Of a stretch of 64,000 nt of DNA, positions 20,309-30,229 are shown piece by piece (the first letter of the stretch is position 1; each line of letters opens with the position of its first letter). The stretch covers positions 192,001 through 256,000 of the forward strand of contig JAWLHR010000001.1 of the NCBI GenBank assembly GCA_041690295.1, read 5' to 3'. The position numbers and the translations under genes were made by a program. Under the pieces are notes generated by a model. That model was given only the letters and a program-made list of their open reading frames with translations, did no database searches and had not been told where the DNA came from. The stretch comes from Bdellovibrionales bacterium. GTDB taxonomy: Bacteria; Bdellovibrionota; Bdellovibrionia; Bdellovibrionales; UBA1609.

Positions 20309-21014
20309 ATACTAAGTATTCTTTGAGGCCATGGCGCTCCACCACGGCCCAGATTTTATCAACCGCCAGCCTTTTCTTGAGAAACTTACGCGCCACCTTG
20401 TAGGCGGCACAATGAAGCCGCCGGAGCTCGCTCGCGTCCGGAGTCGCGTCCAGGCATTGGGGCTGCAAAGTGTCCGCGTCCGCCGGCTGAACCGCGAAGG
20501 GCAAAGCGGAAATGGACAGGACCGGATGGCGGACCACCGAATCGAGTTTGCGGCTGAGCGAGTCCTTTACCAAGTGAGTGATCTCATTCGTCCATGAGTG
20601 AACGATGACCAACTGCTTACGCTTCAACCTTTGCTTGATTTCATTCAGCAGGTCGCTGGTCGCGGAATCGCCGAAGGTGATGACCTCCGCGCCTTCCAAC
20701 GGCTTCACTTTGACCCCTTCGCGCACGAAGAAGACGATTTTTTCGCGATCGGCTTTGGCCGATTCCGCCAAGCCGGACCATATTTGTTCGTAATTTTTGA
20801 TTTCTTCCACTGAGCCCAGGAGCACGATTCGTTCGGCGCGAATGTTTTGATGCAATCGTTTATATATAACGACACCGATTTGTTTCAGCTCTTCAAACTG
20901 AGTGGGATTGAGCACCGGAATCGGCTTGGGGCGTAAACCATAACGAATTGTGAAATAAACAGACGTCGAAATGCAAACGGCAAGAATGATCCAGAGCCAG
21001 CGAGATTTCCACAT
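20292..21014 (-). CDS. Hypothetical membrane-anchored protein
   Basis: 240-aa ORF with an N-terminal TM helix; fills the gap between genes. Confidence 0.7.
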   Translation of the reverse strand: MWKSRWLWIILAVCISTSVYFTIRYGLRPKPIPVLNPTQFEELKQIGVVIYKRLHQNIRAERIVLLGSVEEIKNYEQIWSGLAESAKADREKIVFFVREGVKVKPLEGAEVITFGDSATSDLLNEIKQRLKRKQLVIVHSWTNEITHLVKDSLSRKLDSVVRHPVLSISALPFAVQPADADTLQPQCLDATPDASELRRLHCAAYKVARKFLKKRLAVDKIWAVVERHGLKEYLVFIHQP

Positions 21015-21141
21015 AGAGACCTAGACGGTTAACGGTTTTTGCGACGACGGTCAATGCTTTGTGTCATCGCGTGACAACATGCAGGAGTCGCAGTGATTGT
21101 GGCGACATTCGGACTTGATCCACTAAAGGACAGGTACCTAG

Positions 21142-21885
21142 ATGAAGACGTTTCGCCAATTCGCGATTTTAGGCTCCGGCCGGCTCGCCCGGCACCTCGC
21201 TCATTATTTCAGCACATTAAAACTTCCCTTCGTTCAATGGTCGCGACATGACAGAGATGCCGAGGAGCAGTTGCGCCGCGCTATCTCGGACAGCTCCCAT
21301 ATTCTCCTGGCCGTGGTTGACGATGCTCTGACTTCCGTTATTGAGCGAGTTCACCGCAATTTTGATTCGGATTCGAATCTCCTGGTTCACTTCTCCGGCG
21401 CCAAATATTTTCATGACGTACCTTGCGCCCATCCGTTGATGACTTTTGGCGAATCACTGGAGTCGGCGGATTGGTATCAATCGATTCCGTTTGTCATGGA
21501 CGAGGGTTATCAGCTGGCTGATCTGCTGCCGAACCTGCCCAATCCATGGTTCACCATCAAGGGCGAAGAACGCCCGCTCTATCACGCGCTTTGCGCTCTC
21601 GCGGGAAACTCCACCTATCTGCTTTGGCGTCAGATGGGCGAACTTTTTGAACAACGGTTGAAATTACCGCGCCATTTAATGGCGCCCTATCTCCATCAAA
21701 CGGTTCGTAACGCTCTCGAGGCGACGGGTTCGAATTTCACCGGGCCGATCGCGCGGCGAGACTGGAACACGGTGAGGAAGCATCTTGAGGTCTTGGAAGA
21801 AAACAAAGCCTTTCAAAAATTTTACCGCGGCTATTTGGAACTAGCGCGAAACGAAGGGATCACATTACCAGGAGACCTTATATGA
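21142..21885 (+). CDS. Rossmann-like + DUF2520 protein, probable PanG-type ketopantoate reductase
   Basis: GSGRLA, VHFSGA, HPLMTF, YHALC, TGPIARRD; first gene of the pan operon. Confidence 0.8.
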   Translation: MKTFRQFAILGSGRLARHLAHYFSTLKLPFVQWSRHDRDAEEQLRRAISDSSHILLAVVDDALTSVIERVHRNFDSDSNLLVHFSGAKYFHDVPCAHPLMTFGESLESADWYQSIPFVMDEGYQLADLLPNLPNPWFTIKGEERPLYHALCALAGNSTYLLWRQMGELFEQRLKLPRHLMAPYLHQTVRNALEATGSNFTGPIARRDWNTVRKHLEVLEENKAFQKFYRGYLELARNEGITLPGDLI

Positions 21886-22667
21886 ATATTATTGAAATCC
21901 GCGCCCGCAAAGCCTCTGACAAGCCTCTCACCATGGTCACCTGCTATGACTATTGGTCCGCGCGCCTGCTGGCGTCCACTTCTATCGATATGATTTTGGT
22001 GGGTGATAGTGCCGCCATGGTCATGCATGGATACAAAGACACGGTTCCGGCCACGGTGAACTTGCTCGCCACTCACGTGAGCGCGGTTCGTAAAGGCGCG
22101 CCGGATAAGTTCCTCATCGCCGACCTGCCCTTTCTTTCTTATCGCGGCGATTTGAACACCACGGTGGCGGCGGTGCATGAGCTTATGCGCCAGGGAGCCA
22201 ATGCGGTGAAACTCGAAGCCTATGACGGCAATCACGAAGCCATTGTCCATCTGGTGCAATCGGGAGTTCCCGTGATGGGACATATCGGCCTGACTCCCCA
22301 GTTCGTGAATCAGTTCGGCGGTTTTCGCGTGCAGGGCCGTGAGCGCGAACAGCAACAAAAAATTCTTGCGGACGCGCGCGGCTTGGAAGCGGCGGGATGT
22401 TTCGCCGTGGTTTTGGAATGTATTCCGCAAACGCTGGCTCGTGAAGTGACAGCCGCGGTGAGCATTCCCACCATCGGCATCGGCGCCGGAGTGGAGTGCG
22501 ACGGTCAAGTGCTGGTGTTGCAGGATCTTTTAGGTGTTTCGGAATTCAAACCACGCTTTGTTCGTCGTTATTTAGACGGTGGGGATTTGATCAAGGATGC
22601 GATTGAACGATTTTGCCAGGATGTGCGCACCCGACGATTTCCGTCCGTGGAAGAGGGTTACGAATGA
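21882..22667 (+). CDS. panB: 3-methyl-2-oxobutanoate hydroxymethyltransferase
   Basis: TCYDY, LVGDS, GHIGLTPQ, IGIGAG, DGQVLV. Confidence 0.97.
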   Translation: MNIIEIRARKASDKPLTMVTCYDYWSARLLASTSIDMILVGDSAAMVMHGYKDTVPATVNLLATHVSAVRKGAPDKFLIADLPFLSYRGDLNTTVAAVHELMRQGANAVKLEAYDGNHEAIVHLVQSGVPVMGHIGLTPQFVNQFGGFRVQGREREQQQKILADARGLEAAGCFAVVLECIPQTLAREVTAAVSIPTIGIGAGVECDGQVLVLQDLLGVSEFKPRFVRRYLDGGDLIKDAIERFCQDVRTRRFPSVEEGYE

Positions 22668-23416
22668 AAATCCTGCGTACCGTTGCGGAATGCCGCGCTT
22701 GGCGATCGACGGTTTCCGGCGATTTGGGCTTCGTGCCGACCATGGGCGCTTTGCACACCGGCCATCGCTCTCTGGTTGAGAAATCGAGATCCGAAAATGG
22801 GAACACGATTGTCAGCGTCTTTGTGAATCCCACGCAATTCAACGACCCCGAGGACCTGCGCCACTATCCGCGTCCCGTCGACGAGGATCTGGCGAAGTTG
22901 GAAGCCTGGGGCACCGACGCCGTTCTTTTACCGGTGGTGGAAGAAATTTATAATGACCAGTACAATTACGAATTAAGTGAAAAGAATTTTTCCAAGCGTC
23001 TTTGCGGTGCCCATCGGCCCGGACATTTCAACGGCGTTCTGACCGTTGTGCTGAAACTTTTAAATATCGTGAATCCCCATCGAGCTTACTTCGGTGAAAA
23101 AGACTACCAGCAATTGATGTTGATCAAGGGAATGGTGGAGGCGCTTTTTCTGCCGATTGAGATCGTGCCTTGCCCGATCGTGCGAGAGGCGGACGGGTTG
23201 GCTTTAAGTTCACGCAATCTCTTGCTTTCTCCGTCGGAGCGCGAACGCGCGCCTTTGCTTTATCGCATCTTGCGCGAAAGCCCGGACTGCGCCGCCGCGC
23301 GAGCGCGATTGGAAGAAAACGGTTTCGCCGTGGATTACGTGGAAGACATTGATGGCCGGCGTTTTGCCGCCGCCACTTTGGGAAAAGTGAGGCTGATTGA
23401 CAATGTCCCGCTCTAA
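22664..23416 (+). CDS. panC: Pantoate-beta-alanine ligase
   Basis: FVPTMGALHTGH, FVNPTQFN, FGEKDYQQ, GLALSSRN, RLIDN. Confidence 0.97.
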   Translation: MKILRTVAECRAWRSTVSGDLGFVPTMGALHTGHRSLVEKSRSENGNTIVSVFVNPTQFNDPEDLRHYPRPVDEDLAKLEAWGTDAVLLPVVEEIYNDQYNYELSEKNFSKRLCGAHRPGHFNGVLTVVLKLLNIVNPHRAYFGEKDYQQLMLIKGMVEALFLPIEIVPCPIVREADGLALSSRNLLLSPSERERAPLLYRILRESPDCAAARARLEENGFAVDYVEDIDGRRFAAATLGKVRLIDNVPL

Positions 23417-24635
23417 GATCCTTTTTTTTCTGAGCGGCTCGGTGGCGGCGTACAAGGCCGCCCACGTGGTTTCGCGCTTGGTGCAAGCGGGACATGAAGT
23501 TCAATGCGTGGCCACGGAATCCGCGTTACGCTTCGTGGGCGCGGCCACCTTTGAAGGATTGACTGGCAAAAAAGTTTTGATCGACCTGTGGGAATCGGGA
23601 CATGCCATGGACCATATTCATCTTTCGCGCTGGGCGGATTTGGGTGTGGTTTGTCCCGCGAGCGCCAACACGTTGGCCAAATTGGCTTTGGGTTTGGCGT
23701 CGGACATGGTGAGCGCCACTTTGCTCGCGTGGCCCAAAGGTAAGCCGCTAATGATTTTTCCGGCCATGAATGCCGAAATGCTGGCGTCGGATCCGGTGCA
23801 ATCGCATCTGCGGGTGTTGCGCGAGCGTGGATTTTTGATCGGTGAAAGTGAAGAGGGATTTTTGGCCTGCGGCGAAGTTGGCGCCGGTCGGCTCATGGAG
23901 CCCGATGAAATTCTTAGGCGCATTCAGGAAAAATTGCATTCACGGCCGGCGTTGGGCTCGATTCTGATCACCTCCGGCGCCACCCGCGAAAGTTTGGACG
24001 GCATTCGGTTTATTACCAATCAAAGTACGGGACAGACGGGCGCCGAATTGAGTGAGGCCTTACGCGACCTTGGATGGTCCGTGACTTGTCTGCATGGGCA
24101 AGGCGCGAGAACGCCGAAGGGTGTGCGTCTGCTCTCTTACACCAGCCACGCGGATCTTGAATCGCGATTGCGTGAGGAATTGCGGAATTCCCGTTACTCG
24201 GCCGTCATCCACTGCGCGGCGGTCAGCGATTACACCGTGGTATCCATTAATGGGGTGCGACCGGATGAGCGGATCAAAATGTCCAGCGGTGAGAACCTGA
24301 CCGTTGAATTGAAACCGACGTCCAAGATTCTACCCCGATTGAAGTCATTTTCCTCCAACCCGGATCTTATTGTGATCGGTTTCAAGCTGACGCTGAACGC
24401 GGAATCCGATGAACTTTTGCGAGCCGCCCACCGGATTTTAGATGCCAATGTGGATGCGGTTGTCGCCAATGACTGGAACCAGGTTCGCGCGGACCGGTCA
24501 CGTCATCCCGGTGTTGTATGCCAAAAAGGCGGCGCGCGTGATTTTACGACGGTTTCGGAATTGGCTCGCCTATTGGATTCATTGATTCGCGAAGGTTGGA
24601 AGCGAGTATTCCTTCCTGAAAAGGAGTTCACATGA
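23403..24635 (+). CDS. coaBC: Phosphopantothenoylcysteine decarboxylase/ligase
   Basis: [46 protein letters not shown]. Confidence 0.95.
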   Translation: MSRSKILFFLSGSVAAYKAAHVVSRLVQAGHEVQCVATESALRFVGAATFEGLTGKKVLIDLWESGHAMDHIHLSRWADLGVVCPASANTLAKLALGLASDMVSATLLAWPKGKPLMIFPAMNAEMLASDPVQSHLRVLRERGFLIGESEEGFLACGEVGAGRLMEPDEILRRIQEKLHSRPALGSILITSGATRESLDGIRFITNQSTGQTGAELSEALRDLGWSVTCLHGQGARTPKGVRLLSYTSHADLESRLREELRNSRYSAVIHCAAVSDYTVVSINGVRPDERIKMSSGENLTVELKPTSKILPRLKSFSSNPDLIVIGFKLTLNAESDELLRAAHRILDANVDAVVANDWNQVRADRSRHPGVVCQKGGARDFTTVSELARLLDSLIREGWKRVFLPEKEFT

Positions 24636-25441
24636 TTTTGTGTTTGGATGTGGGCAACACGCAGATTTTTGGCGGCGTGTTTGATCAGGGAAAATTACGT
24701 TTACGTTTTCGCAGGAACAGTCGGGCGGGCGGTTCGAGCGATGAGATCGGTCTCTTTTTGCGCTCGGTCTTGCGGGAAAACGACATGGATCCCCGCCGCG
24801 TGCGGCAGATCGCGCTTTGTACGGTTGTACCTGAAGTACTTCATTCCGTGCGTAACGCCTGCATGAAGTATTTTAATATAAATCCATTCGTACTCCAGGC
24901 GGGGGTGAAAACCGGACTGCGCATTCGCTATAAAAATCCACCTGAAGTGGGTACCGACCGGATCGCCAACGCGATCGCCGGAACCCATCTTTACCCGGGC
25001 GAGAATTTGCTGATCATAGATTTCGGTACGGCGACCACCTACTGCGCGGTCACGGCGGACAAACAGTATTTAGGCGGTGTGATTACGGCCGGCGTTCGCA
25101 TCGCGATGGAAGCGCTTGAATCCAAGACGTCTCGTTTGCCTTCAGTGGAAATCGTGGCGCCCACCCAATGTTTATCGCAAACAACCGTGGAAAGCATTCA
25201 ATCGGGCCTTTATTACGGCACCATTGGGCAGATCAAAGAAATCACTCAGCGGGTGCAAGACGAATGCTTCGGCGGCGTGCGGCCCAAGGTGATCGGCACG
25301 GGCGGCATCGCTTCGCTTTTCGCTCGTGCTGGTTTGTTCGACGTGGAAAACCCGGATTTGGTTTTGGATGGTTTGTATTTCGCTTTAAAAATGAATTCCC
25401 GTGAGGAGATGGACCATGCGCGTGACCATGCTCAAATCTAA
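24632..25441 (+). CDS. coaX: Type III pantothenate kinase
   Basis: LDVGNT, GTDR, DFGTATT, GTGG. Confidence 0.95.
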   Translation: MILCLDVGNTQIFGGVFDQGKLRLRFRRNSRAGGSSDEIGLFLRSVLRENDMDPRRVRQIALCTVVPEVLHSVRNACMKYFNINPFVLQAGVKTGLRIRYKNPPEVGTDRIANAIAGTHLYPGENLLIIDFGTATTYCAVTADKQYLGGVITAGVRIAMEALESKTSRLPSVEIVAPTQCLSQTTVESIQSGLYYGTIGQIKEITQRVQDECFGGVRPKVIGTGGIASLFARAGLFDVENPDLVLDGLYFALKMNSREEMDHARDHAQI

Positions 25442-25796
25442 AATCCACCGGGCGACGGTGACCGACGCCAATCTCAATTACGAGGGTTCGATTTCCATCG
25501 ACCCCAAGTTATGCGAGGCGGCCCGTTTGCTTCCCTTTGAACGGGTGGAAATTTACAACTGCAACAACGGCGAGAGGTTCGCCACCTACGTGATTCATGG
25601 CGGACCGGGGGAGATCTGTCTGAACGGAGCGGCGGCGCGCTTGGTCCACAAAGGTGATCTGGTGATTATCGCGTCCTATGTGGATATGGAGCAGGAAGAG
25701 GCTTTTGCCCATAAACCCCAGCTGGTGATGGTGGATGCGAAAAACGGAATCCGCGAGATCCACAACGATTATTCGGGTTTCACTAAAATCGGTTGA
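25416..25796 (+). CDS. panD: Aspartate 1-decarboxylase
   Basis: [15 protein letters not shown] autocleavage site, [15 protein letters not shown]. Confidence 0.97.
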   Translation: MRVTMLKSKIHRATVTDANLNYEGSISIDPKLCEAARLLPFERVEIYNCNNGERFATYVIHGGPGEICLNGAAARLVHKGDLVIIASYVDMEQEEAFAHKPQLVMVDAKNGIREIHNDYSGFTKIG

Positions 25797-25846
25797 CGCT
25801 CGTTTCCTCTAATCCCACGCTATAGATAATTAAGGGGGAGGATACT

Positions 25847-26392
25847 ATGGTTCGCTGTTTCATCTTGTTATTATTCTTCGTTTCCACAAGCGCTTTCGCG
25901 GAAGTCGATATCACCAATCTGCGAATGGATACACCGAGCGATGTCGCGGCTGATTATCGGGCGCGAACGGAATTCGGCTGGACGACCAGCTCGATCAACA
26001 ATGGATCTCAGTTCGCCCTTTTGGGATTCAGTTGGAATATCTCGACCAATTGGGAACTGGGGCTGCGCGGTCTCATCCCTATGGACTTCGAACGCGATGT
26101 TCAGATTTATTCGGCACAGGCTTTGGCCCGCTACAACTTCGTTAATGACAAAAACATCATGTATATGGAAGGTCAGGCCATTCAGAGTATGTTCGCTTTC
26201 CTTGGCGATAACCGTCTGTTCGCCGGCGTCGGCGCCACCTACGGATATCGGCGCGCCATTACCCATGAACTGAGCGCGGGAGTCAATGTGGGTGTGGATT
26301 ATCTGTCCGCCTCGATCGTTCGCGACTACATCGCCAACACCAACTGGACATTCTACAATCGCGTGGCGGTTACCGGCGCGTATAACTTCTAA
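25847..26392 (+). CDS. Putative small outer-membrane beta-barrel protein
   Basis: Signal peptide (AFA), alternating aromatic beta-strands, C-terminal YNF. Confidence 0.7.
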   Translation: MVRCFILLLFFVSTSAFAEVDITNLRMDTPSDVAADYRARTEFGWTTSSINNGSQFALLGFSWNISTNWELGLRGLIPMDFERDVQIYSAQALARYNFVNDKNIMYMEGQAIQSMFAFLGDNRLFAGVGATYGYRRAITHELSAGVNVGVDYLSASIVRDYIANTNWTFYNRVAVTGAYNF

Positions 26393-26432
26393 TTTTTTCG
26401 AATGAATTTTTCGGAGGCGCCCTTCATCTAGT

Positions 26433-26456
26433 GGGCGCCCTTTGGACATTGCGTAA
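26433..26456 (+). repeat. 24-bp direct repeat, copy 1 (GGGCGCCCTTTGGACATTGCGTAA)
   Basis: Identical to 28041..28064. Confidence 0.95.
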
Positions 26457-26487
26457 GCGGCCGACTTTAAAAAGTTGTTCGTCGGGA

Positions 26488-26859
26488 TTACGGCACTTCT
26501 TCCACTTCAGAGAAGTAATAATCGTAAAGCAAGATCGCAAACGGGTTGGAAATATCCTGCCAGCCGCGAATGCAAACCGTTGATTCGGATGGAACTTCGC
26601 TGCGCAAAGTAGCCACCGACATATGTTTGGTGGAAAAGATCTCAAATCGCCGTGTCTCAGTCGGCGCTTTCGGGGCGTCATCGTTCACACCGGGTGTGAA
26701 CTTAATCGGTTCAACTCCGAGCACGACCGATGTTTTAACATCCAAGTAAACATTCGGACCCGAATAGGAAATCACCCCGCAAAAATCCGACAGATCCGAC
26801 GCGTGCGCTGATGGAAGAAAAACAAAGATCCCCAACACCAAGCTGGCCAATTGAAGCAT
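26488..26859 (-). CDS. Hypothetical secreted protein
   Basis: AGGAG SD before ATG 26859, signal peptide ending AHA, two Cys. Confidence 0.65.
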   Translation of the reverse strand: MLQLASLVLGIFVFLPSAHASDLSDFCGVISYSGPNVYLDVKTSVVLGVEPIKFTPGVNDDAPKAPTETRRFEIFSTKHMSVATLRSEVPSESTVCIRGWQDISNPFAILLYDYYFSEVEEVP

Positions 26860-27013
26860 ATCTAGTTCTCCTTGAGCTTCAGATATCATTTGTCCGGAAT
26901 TTTTCAACGCCCAACTAACGCACGCGCCTGTTTGAGCTTCGCATGCCCTCCGAATCCGCCGGCGCGAACTTTAGCTCAAGCGCGCATTCTCCTCGCCGCG
27001 CCTGGTCTCATGG

Positions 27014-27958
27014 TCACGTCCCAAGATATCCCGCCATTTTGACCCACCCCAAGGTCTCAATGGCCGCCCGCAAATTACAAGGCCGGCATAAGAGGCGCAG
27101 ATTGGAAGCTTCATTCGTTCCGCCTTTGGCGATTGGAACAATGTGGTCGATTTGAAGAGCGTACTGAGAGCCGCAGTTCTGGCACTCGCCATTAGCCCGC
27201 CGCCAGACTTCCCGCTTTAATTCGACAGGAAGATACGTGCGCTTTCGTTCCATTGGGTGGAAACTTTCCTTATCGCGAACGCGGAATTCCTTTTGCGCCT
27301 TTAGATTCTCTATGGAACTTCGCCCACGAACTGAAATACCACGTTTGCGCTCGCACGGCGAAAGCCGCTCGATCGCGATGTCACAGATTTTTTCAATCAG
27401 TTCCCCCAAGCTGCAGTTCGGAGATGAGTGGGCGATCAAGCCACGAATTCTTTCCAGCTTCCGATTCAACTTTTCATCCGCGATGAATTTAAGCTCAATC
27501 TTCTCGTTCGCGACCACACGAATGCGATCCGGTTTCAATTCGATCGGATTTGAACTCTTCGCCACAATAATTTTCTCCGCCTCACGCGCGGTTTTGTTTT
27601 CAAGCTGACCAATGAGTTCAATTTTCGCTTCACGTGGAAGGGATTCCTTTCGAAATAAAACCTGAGCCAGTCCAATATTGGTCAGACTCAGCGCGCCCGA
27701 TTCAATTTTCGTTTCAATTTCCGGCAACTCTTTGAGCAGCCTCATGGCCGCGATCCGGCGCATCGCCTGATCGCCGCTATAGCCGAGTCGCTTTACCGCA
27801 TAGTCAAAAAGAGATTTGAAGCCGAGGGCTGAAAAAAGCTTCCTTCGCTCAATTTCGCGCAAATGATGAAGAATTTTTGTTAACAACTCCCGTTCGTCTC
27901 GCGCGAGCTTTTCCGTACTTTCAAGAAGATCTTGATCTGACATTTGGCGCGGATTCAT
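27014..27958 (-). CDS. HNH endonuclease with DUF222-like N-terminal region
   Basis: C-terminal CQNC...IDHIVPIAKGGTNEASNLRLLCRPCN. N-terminal HLREIERRKLF...SLFDY...LGYS...RRIAAMRLL. Confidence 0.9.
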   Translation of the reverse strand: MNPRQMSDQDLLESTEKLARDERELLTKILHHLREIERRKLFSALGFKSLFDYAVKRLGYSGDQAMRRIAAMRLLKELPEIETKIESGALSLTNIGLAQVLFRKESLPREAKIELIGQLENKTAREAEKIIVAKSSNPIELKPDRIRVVANEKIELKFIADEKLNRKLERIRGLIAHSSPNCSLGELIEKICDIAIERLSPCERKRGISVRGRSSIENLKAQKEFRVRDKESFHPMERKRTYLPVELKREVWRRANGECQNCGSQYALQIDHIVPIAKGGTNEASNLRLLCRPCNLRAAIETLGWVKMAGYLGT

Positions 27959-28027
27959 CAACAAGGCACTCCTTCGGTGGTTGCGTCATAAAATTCTTTC
28001 TGTTTATTTTTTCTGCGCGATTCCTGC

Positions 28028-28064
28028 CGCAATGTCCAAAGGGCGCCCTTTGGACATTGCGTAA
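28028..28064. repeat. Perfect 34-bp palindrome (28028..28061) overlapping copy 2 of the 24-bp direct repeat (28041..28064)
   Basis: CGCAATGTCCAAAGGGC|GCCCTTTGGACATTGCG. Confidence 0.95.
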
Positions 28065-28168
28065 TTCACACTAAAGTGTTCGCCCAAAAATTTCGCGCGA
28101 CAGCCTTGAACAGAGCCAATCGCTCCTTCGTCCATAGATACTCACTCATTTCTGCTCGGATTCCTCTC

Positions 28169-28969
28169 CTACAACTCAAATGCCATCTGCGCGGGAGTGC
28201 AATGATCCTCCGACGTTGAAGCTTCTTCCGCCGCCATGAACATGCGGCCGATTTCGGTTTCATGCTCCTTCAACCACTGGCGATGCCGCTTGTAATCCGG
28301 ATCAAATCGCGCCACCAACCGCCAAAACCCCGGTCCGTGATTGCGATGGGGGATGTGAGACAATTCATGAACAATCACGTAATCAATCACATCCGCGGGG
28401 CAGGCCATTAACTTCCAGTTCAAACTGATCGCACCTTCACCCGAACAACTGCCCCATAACGTCCGCTGCCCGCGAATCGTCAAACGCGTCGGCGTCAAAC
28501 CCATCAAACCGGCGAAAAACGACAAGCGTGAACCCAACCATTTCCGCGCCTCCGATCGATAACACTCGATCAACGCATTCAGCCGATCCTCTCCCGAACA
28601 CCCAACCGGAGCCAGGATTTCGATGACCTCATCACAAAACTTCGCGCGCGCCCGACGATGCCAGCTCCAAATCAGGTCCAGACGCAAGCGGCGGCCTAAA
28701 AATAAAAACTCTTCACCCGAGACGAACTTCCGCAACGGATACCGCCGGTTGATCTCCGCCAATTCCGACCGCCGCCGATCAATGAACCGGCCGCAGGAAT
28801 CGACAAATGAAAGAATCTCCGCGCTCGTTCGGCGCAGGTTACAGGTTACGCGGATGCGCCCGTTCGGTTGGACAGTCAAATGCATATGGCGCTGGCGCGG
28901 ACGCCGATGGACGTCAATCCAGTCCTCGCCATATTTGACCACTTCCGCCCTCGTCGTTGCGCGTTTCAT
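28169..28969 (-). CDS. YgjP/DUF45 (SprT-like) zinc metalloprotein
   Basis: QRTLWGSCS, LNWKL, DYVIVHELSH, NHGPGFW. Confidence 0.88.
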   Translation of the reverse strand: MKRATTRAEVVKYGEDWIDVHRRPRQRHMHLTVQPNGRIRVTCNLRRTSAEILSFVDSCGRFIDRRRSELAEINRRYPLRKFVSGEEFLFLGRRLRLDLIWSWHRRARAKFCDEVIEILAPVGCSGEDRLNALIECYRSEARKWLGSRLSFFAGLMGLTPTRLTIRGQRTLWGSCSGEGAISLNWKLMACPADVIDYVIVHELSHIPHRNHGPGFWRLVARFDPDYKRHRQWLKEHETEIGRMFMAAEEASTSEDHCTPAQMAFEL

Positions 28970-29073
28970 TGTTGCTGTCCCGTTCCCTCAATCCTTCAAG
29001 TCTCAAAAAGGATGTCCCGCCGCGCAGCGGACTTCCATCGCCATCTTGAGTCCACTGTGCTAAAGCAGTGCCG

Positions 29074-30045
29074 ATGGCGCAAGCGACTTCTTTTTATCAA
29101 CTGACTCCGGATTTCGTACTCAGCGCGGTGGAAAAATCCGGCTGGCGACTCACCGGCGAATTCATTCAACTCAATTCCTATGAAAACCGGGTGTATGCAC
29201 TCCGCACCGAAGATGAAAAGCGCACGCAGATCATCGCCAAGTTTTATCGCCCGGGCCGATGGACGGAAGCCGCCATTCGCGAAGAACATGAGTTCCTTCT
29301 CGAACTTGACGCCAACGGTGTCAGCGCCGTTCCCCCGCTCAGACAAAAAAACGGTGATACGCTTTCTCTGCATAATGGCATCTGGTGCGCTGTCTTCCCC
29401 AAAGCCAAAGGCCGCATGCCCCAGGAGTTTCATCTCGATGAACTCACCCAATTGGGACGCGTCCTCGCGCGCCTGCATAACGTCGGCGCCTTGAAGCCAT
29501 CCCATCACCGCCCGATCATCGACGGCGAACACATGGGAAGAAGCGCGCTCAATGTGATTCGGGATCTCCTCCCTCACAGCCTTAAAGAGCGATATCTACA
29601 AACCGCCGAGCGTCTCCTCACTATTCTCGATGAGCAACTCGATCCCTCACGCTTTAAACGAATTCACGGCGACTGCCATCGCGGAAACGTGCTGCAAACC
29701 GATGAACCGGGTAAACCCAAAGAATTTTTCCTGATCGACTTCGACGATTTCGGCATGGGCCCCGTCGCCCAGGATCTGTGGATGCTTTTCCGACACGACG
29801 AAGAAGACGTGGACGATGAAATCGACGCCTTCCTCACTGGCTATACGGAATTACGCGATTTCGATACAGCGGAACTCAACCTTATGACCCCGCTGCGAGG
29901 CTTGCGTATATTGCATTACGCGGCATGGATCGCCCGTCGATGGGAAGATCCCAGTTTTCCCCAGCTCTTTCCACATTTCGGCACCGACAAATACTGGTTC
30001 GAAGAACTGAGGGCCCTTGAAGACGTCGTGCAACGCGCTGAGTGA
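29074..30045 (+). CDS. srkA: Stress-response Ser/Thr kinase SrkA/RdoA
   Basis: LNSYENRVY, KFYRPGRW, HGDCHRGN, IDFDD, WIARRWEDPSFP. Confidence 0.92.
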   Translation: MAQATSFYQLTPDFVLSAVEKSGWRLTGEFIQLNSYENRVYALRTEDEKRTQIIAKFYRPGRWTEAAIREEHEFLLELDANGVSAVPPLRQKNGDTLSLHNGIWCAVFPKAKGRMPQEFHLDELTQLGRVLARLHNVGALKPSHHRPIIDGEHMGRSALNVIRDLLPHSLKERYLQTAERLLTILDEQLDPSRFKRIHGDCHRGNVLQTDEPGKPKEFFLIDFDDFGMGPVAQDLWMLFRHDEEDVDDEIDAFLTGYTELRDFDTAELNLMTPLRGLRILHYAAWIARRWEDPSFPQLFPHFGTDKYWFEELRALEDVVQRAE

Positions 30046-30095
30046 GTAGGAGAGGCGCCTTGACTAGGGGCGCCGTATTCGACACAACTGATGCT

Positions 30096-30191
30096 GGCCG
30101 GGTCCCATACAATAGCGGATCTTGTGAACCCCGCCAGGTCCGGAAGGAAGCAACGGTAACAAGAGCCCTATGTGATATGGACCGCCCGGCC
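30096..30191 (+). ncRNA. ffs: Signal recognition particle RNA (4.5S)
   Basis: CAGGTCCGGAAGGAAGCA domain IV core, closing stem GGCCGGG/CCCGGCC, T-run after it, located upstream of dnaX. Confidence 0.93.
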
Positions 30192-30229
30192 GCTTTTTTC
30201 AATCGGCCAGTTAAGGAGTGTGGCTTCAA

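Noticed and set aside
26433..28064. CRISPR array or canonical IS
   Set aside because: Only two repeats 1.6 kb apart; no cas genes and no DDE or HUH transposase motifs.
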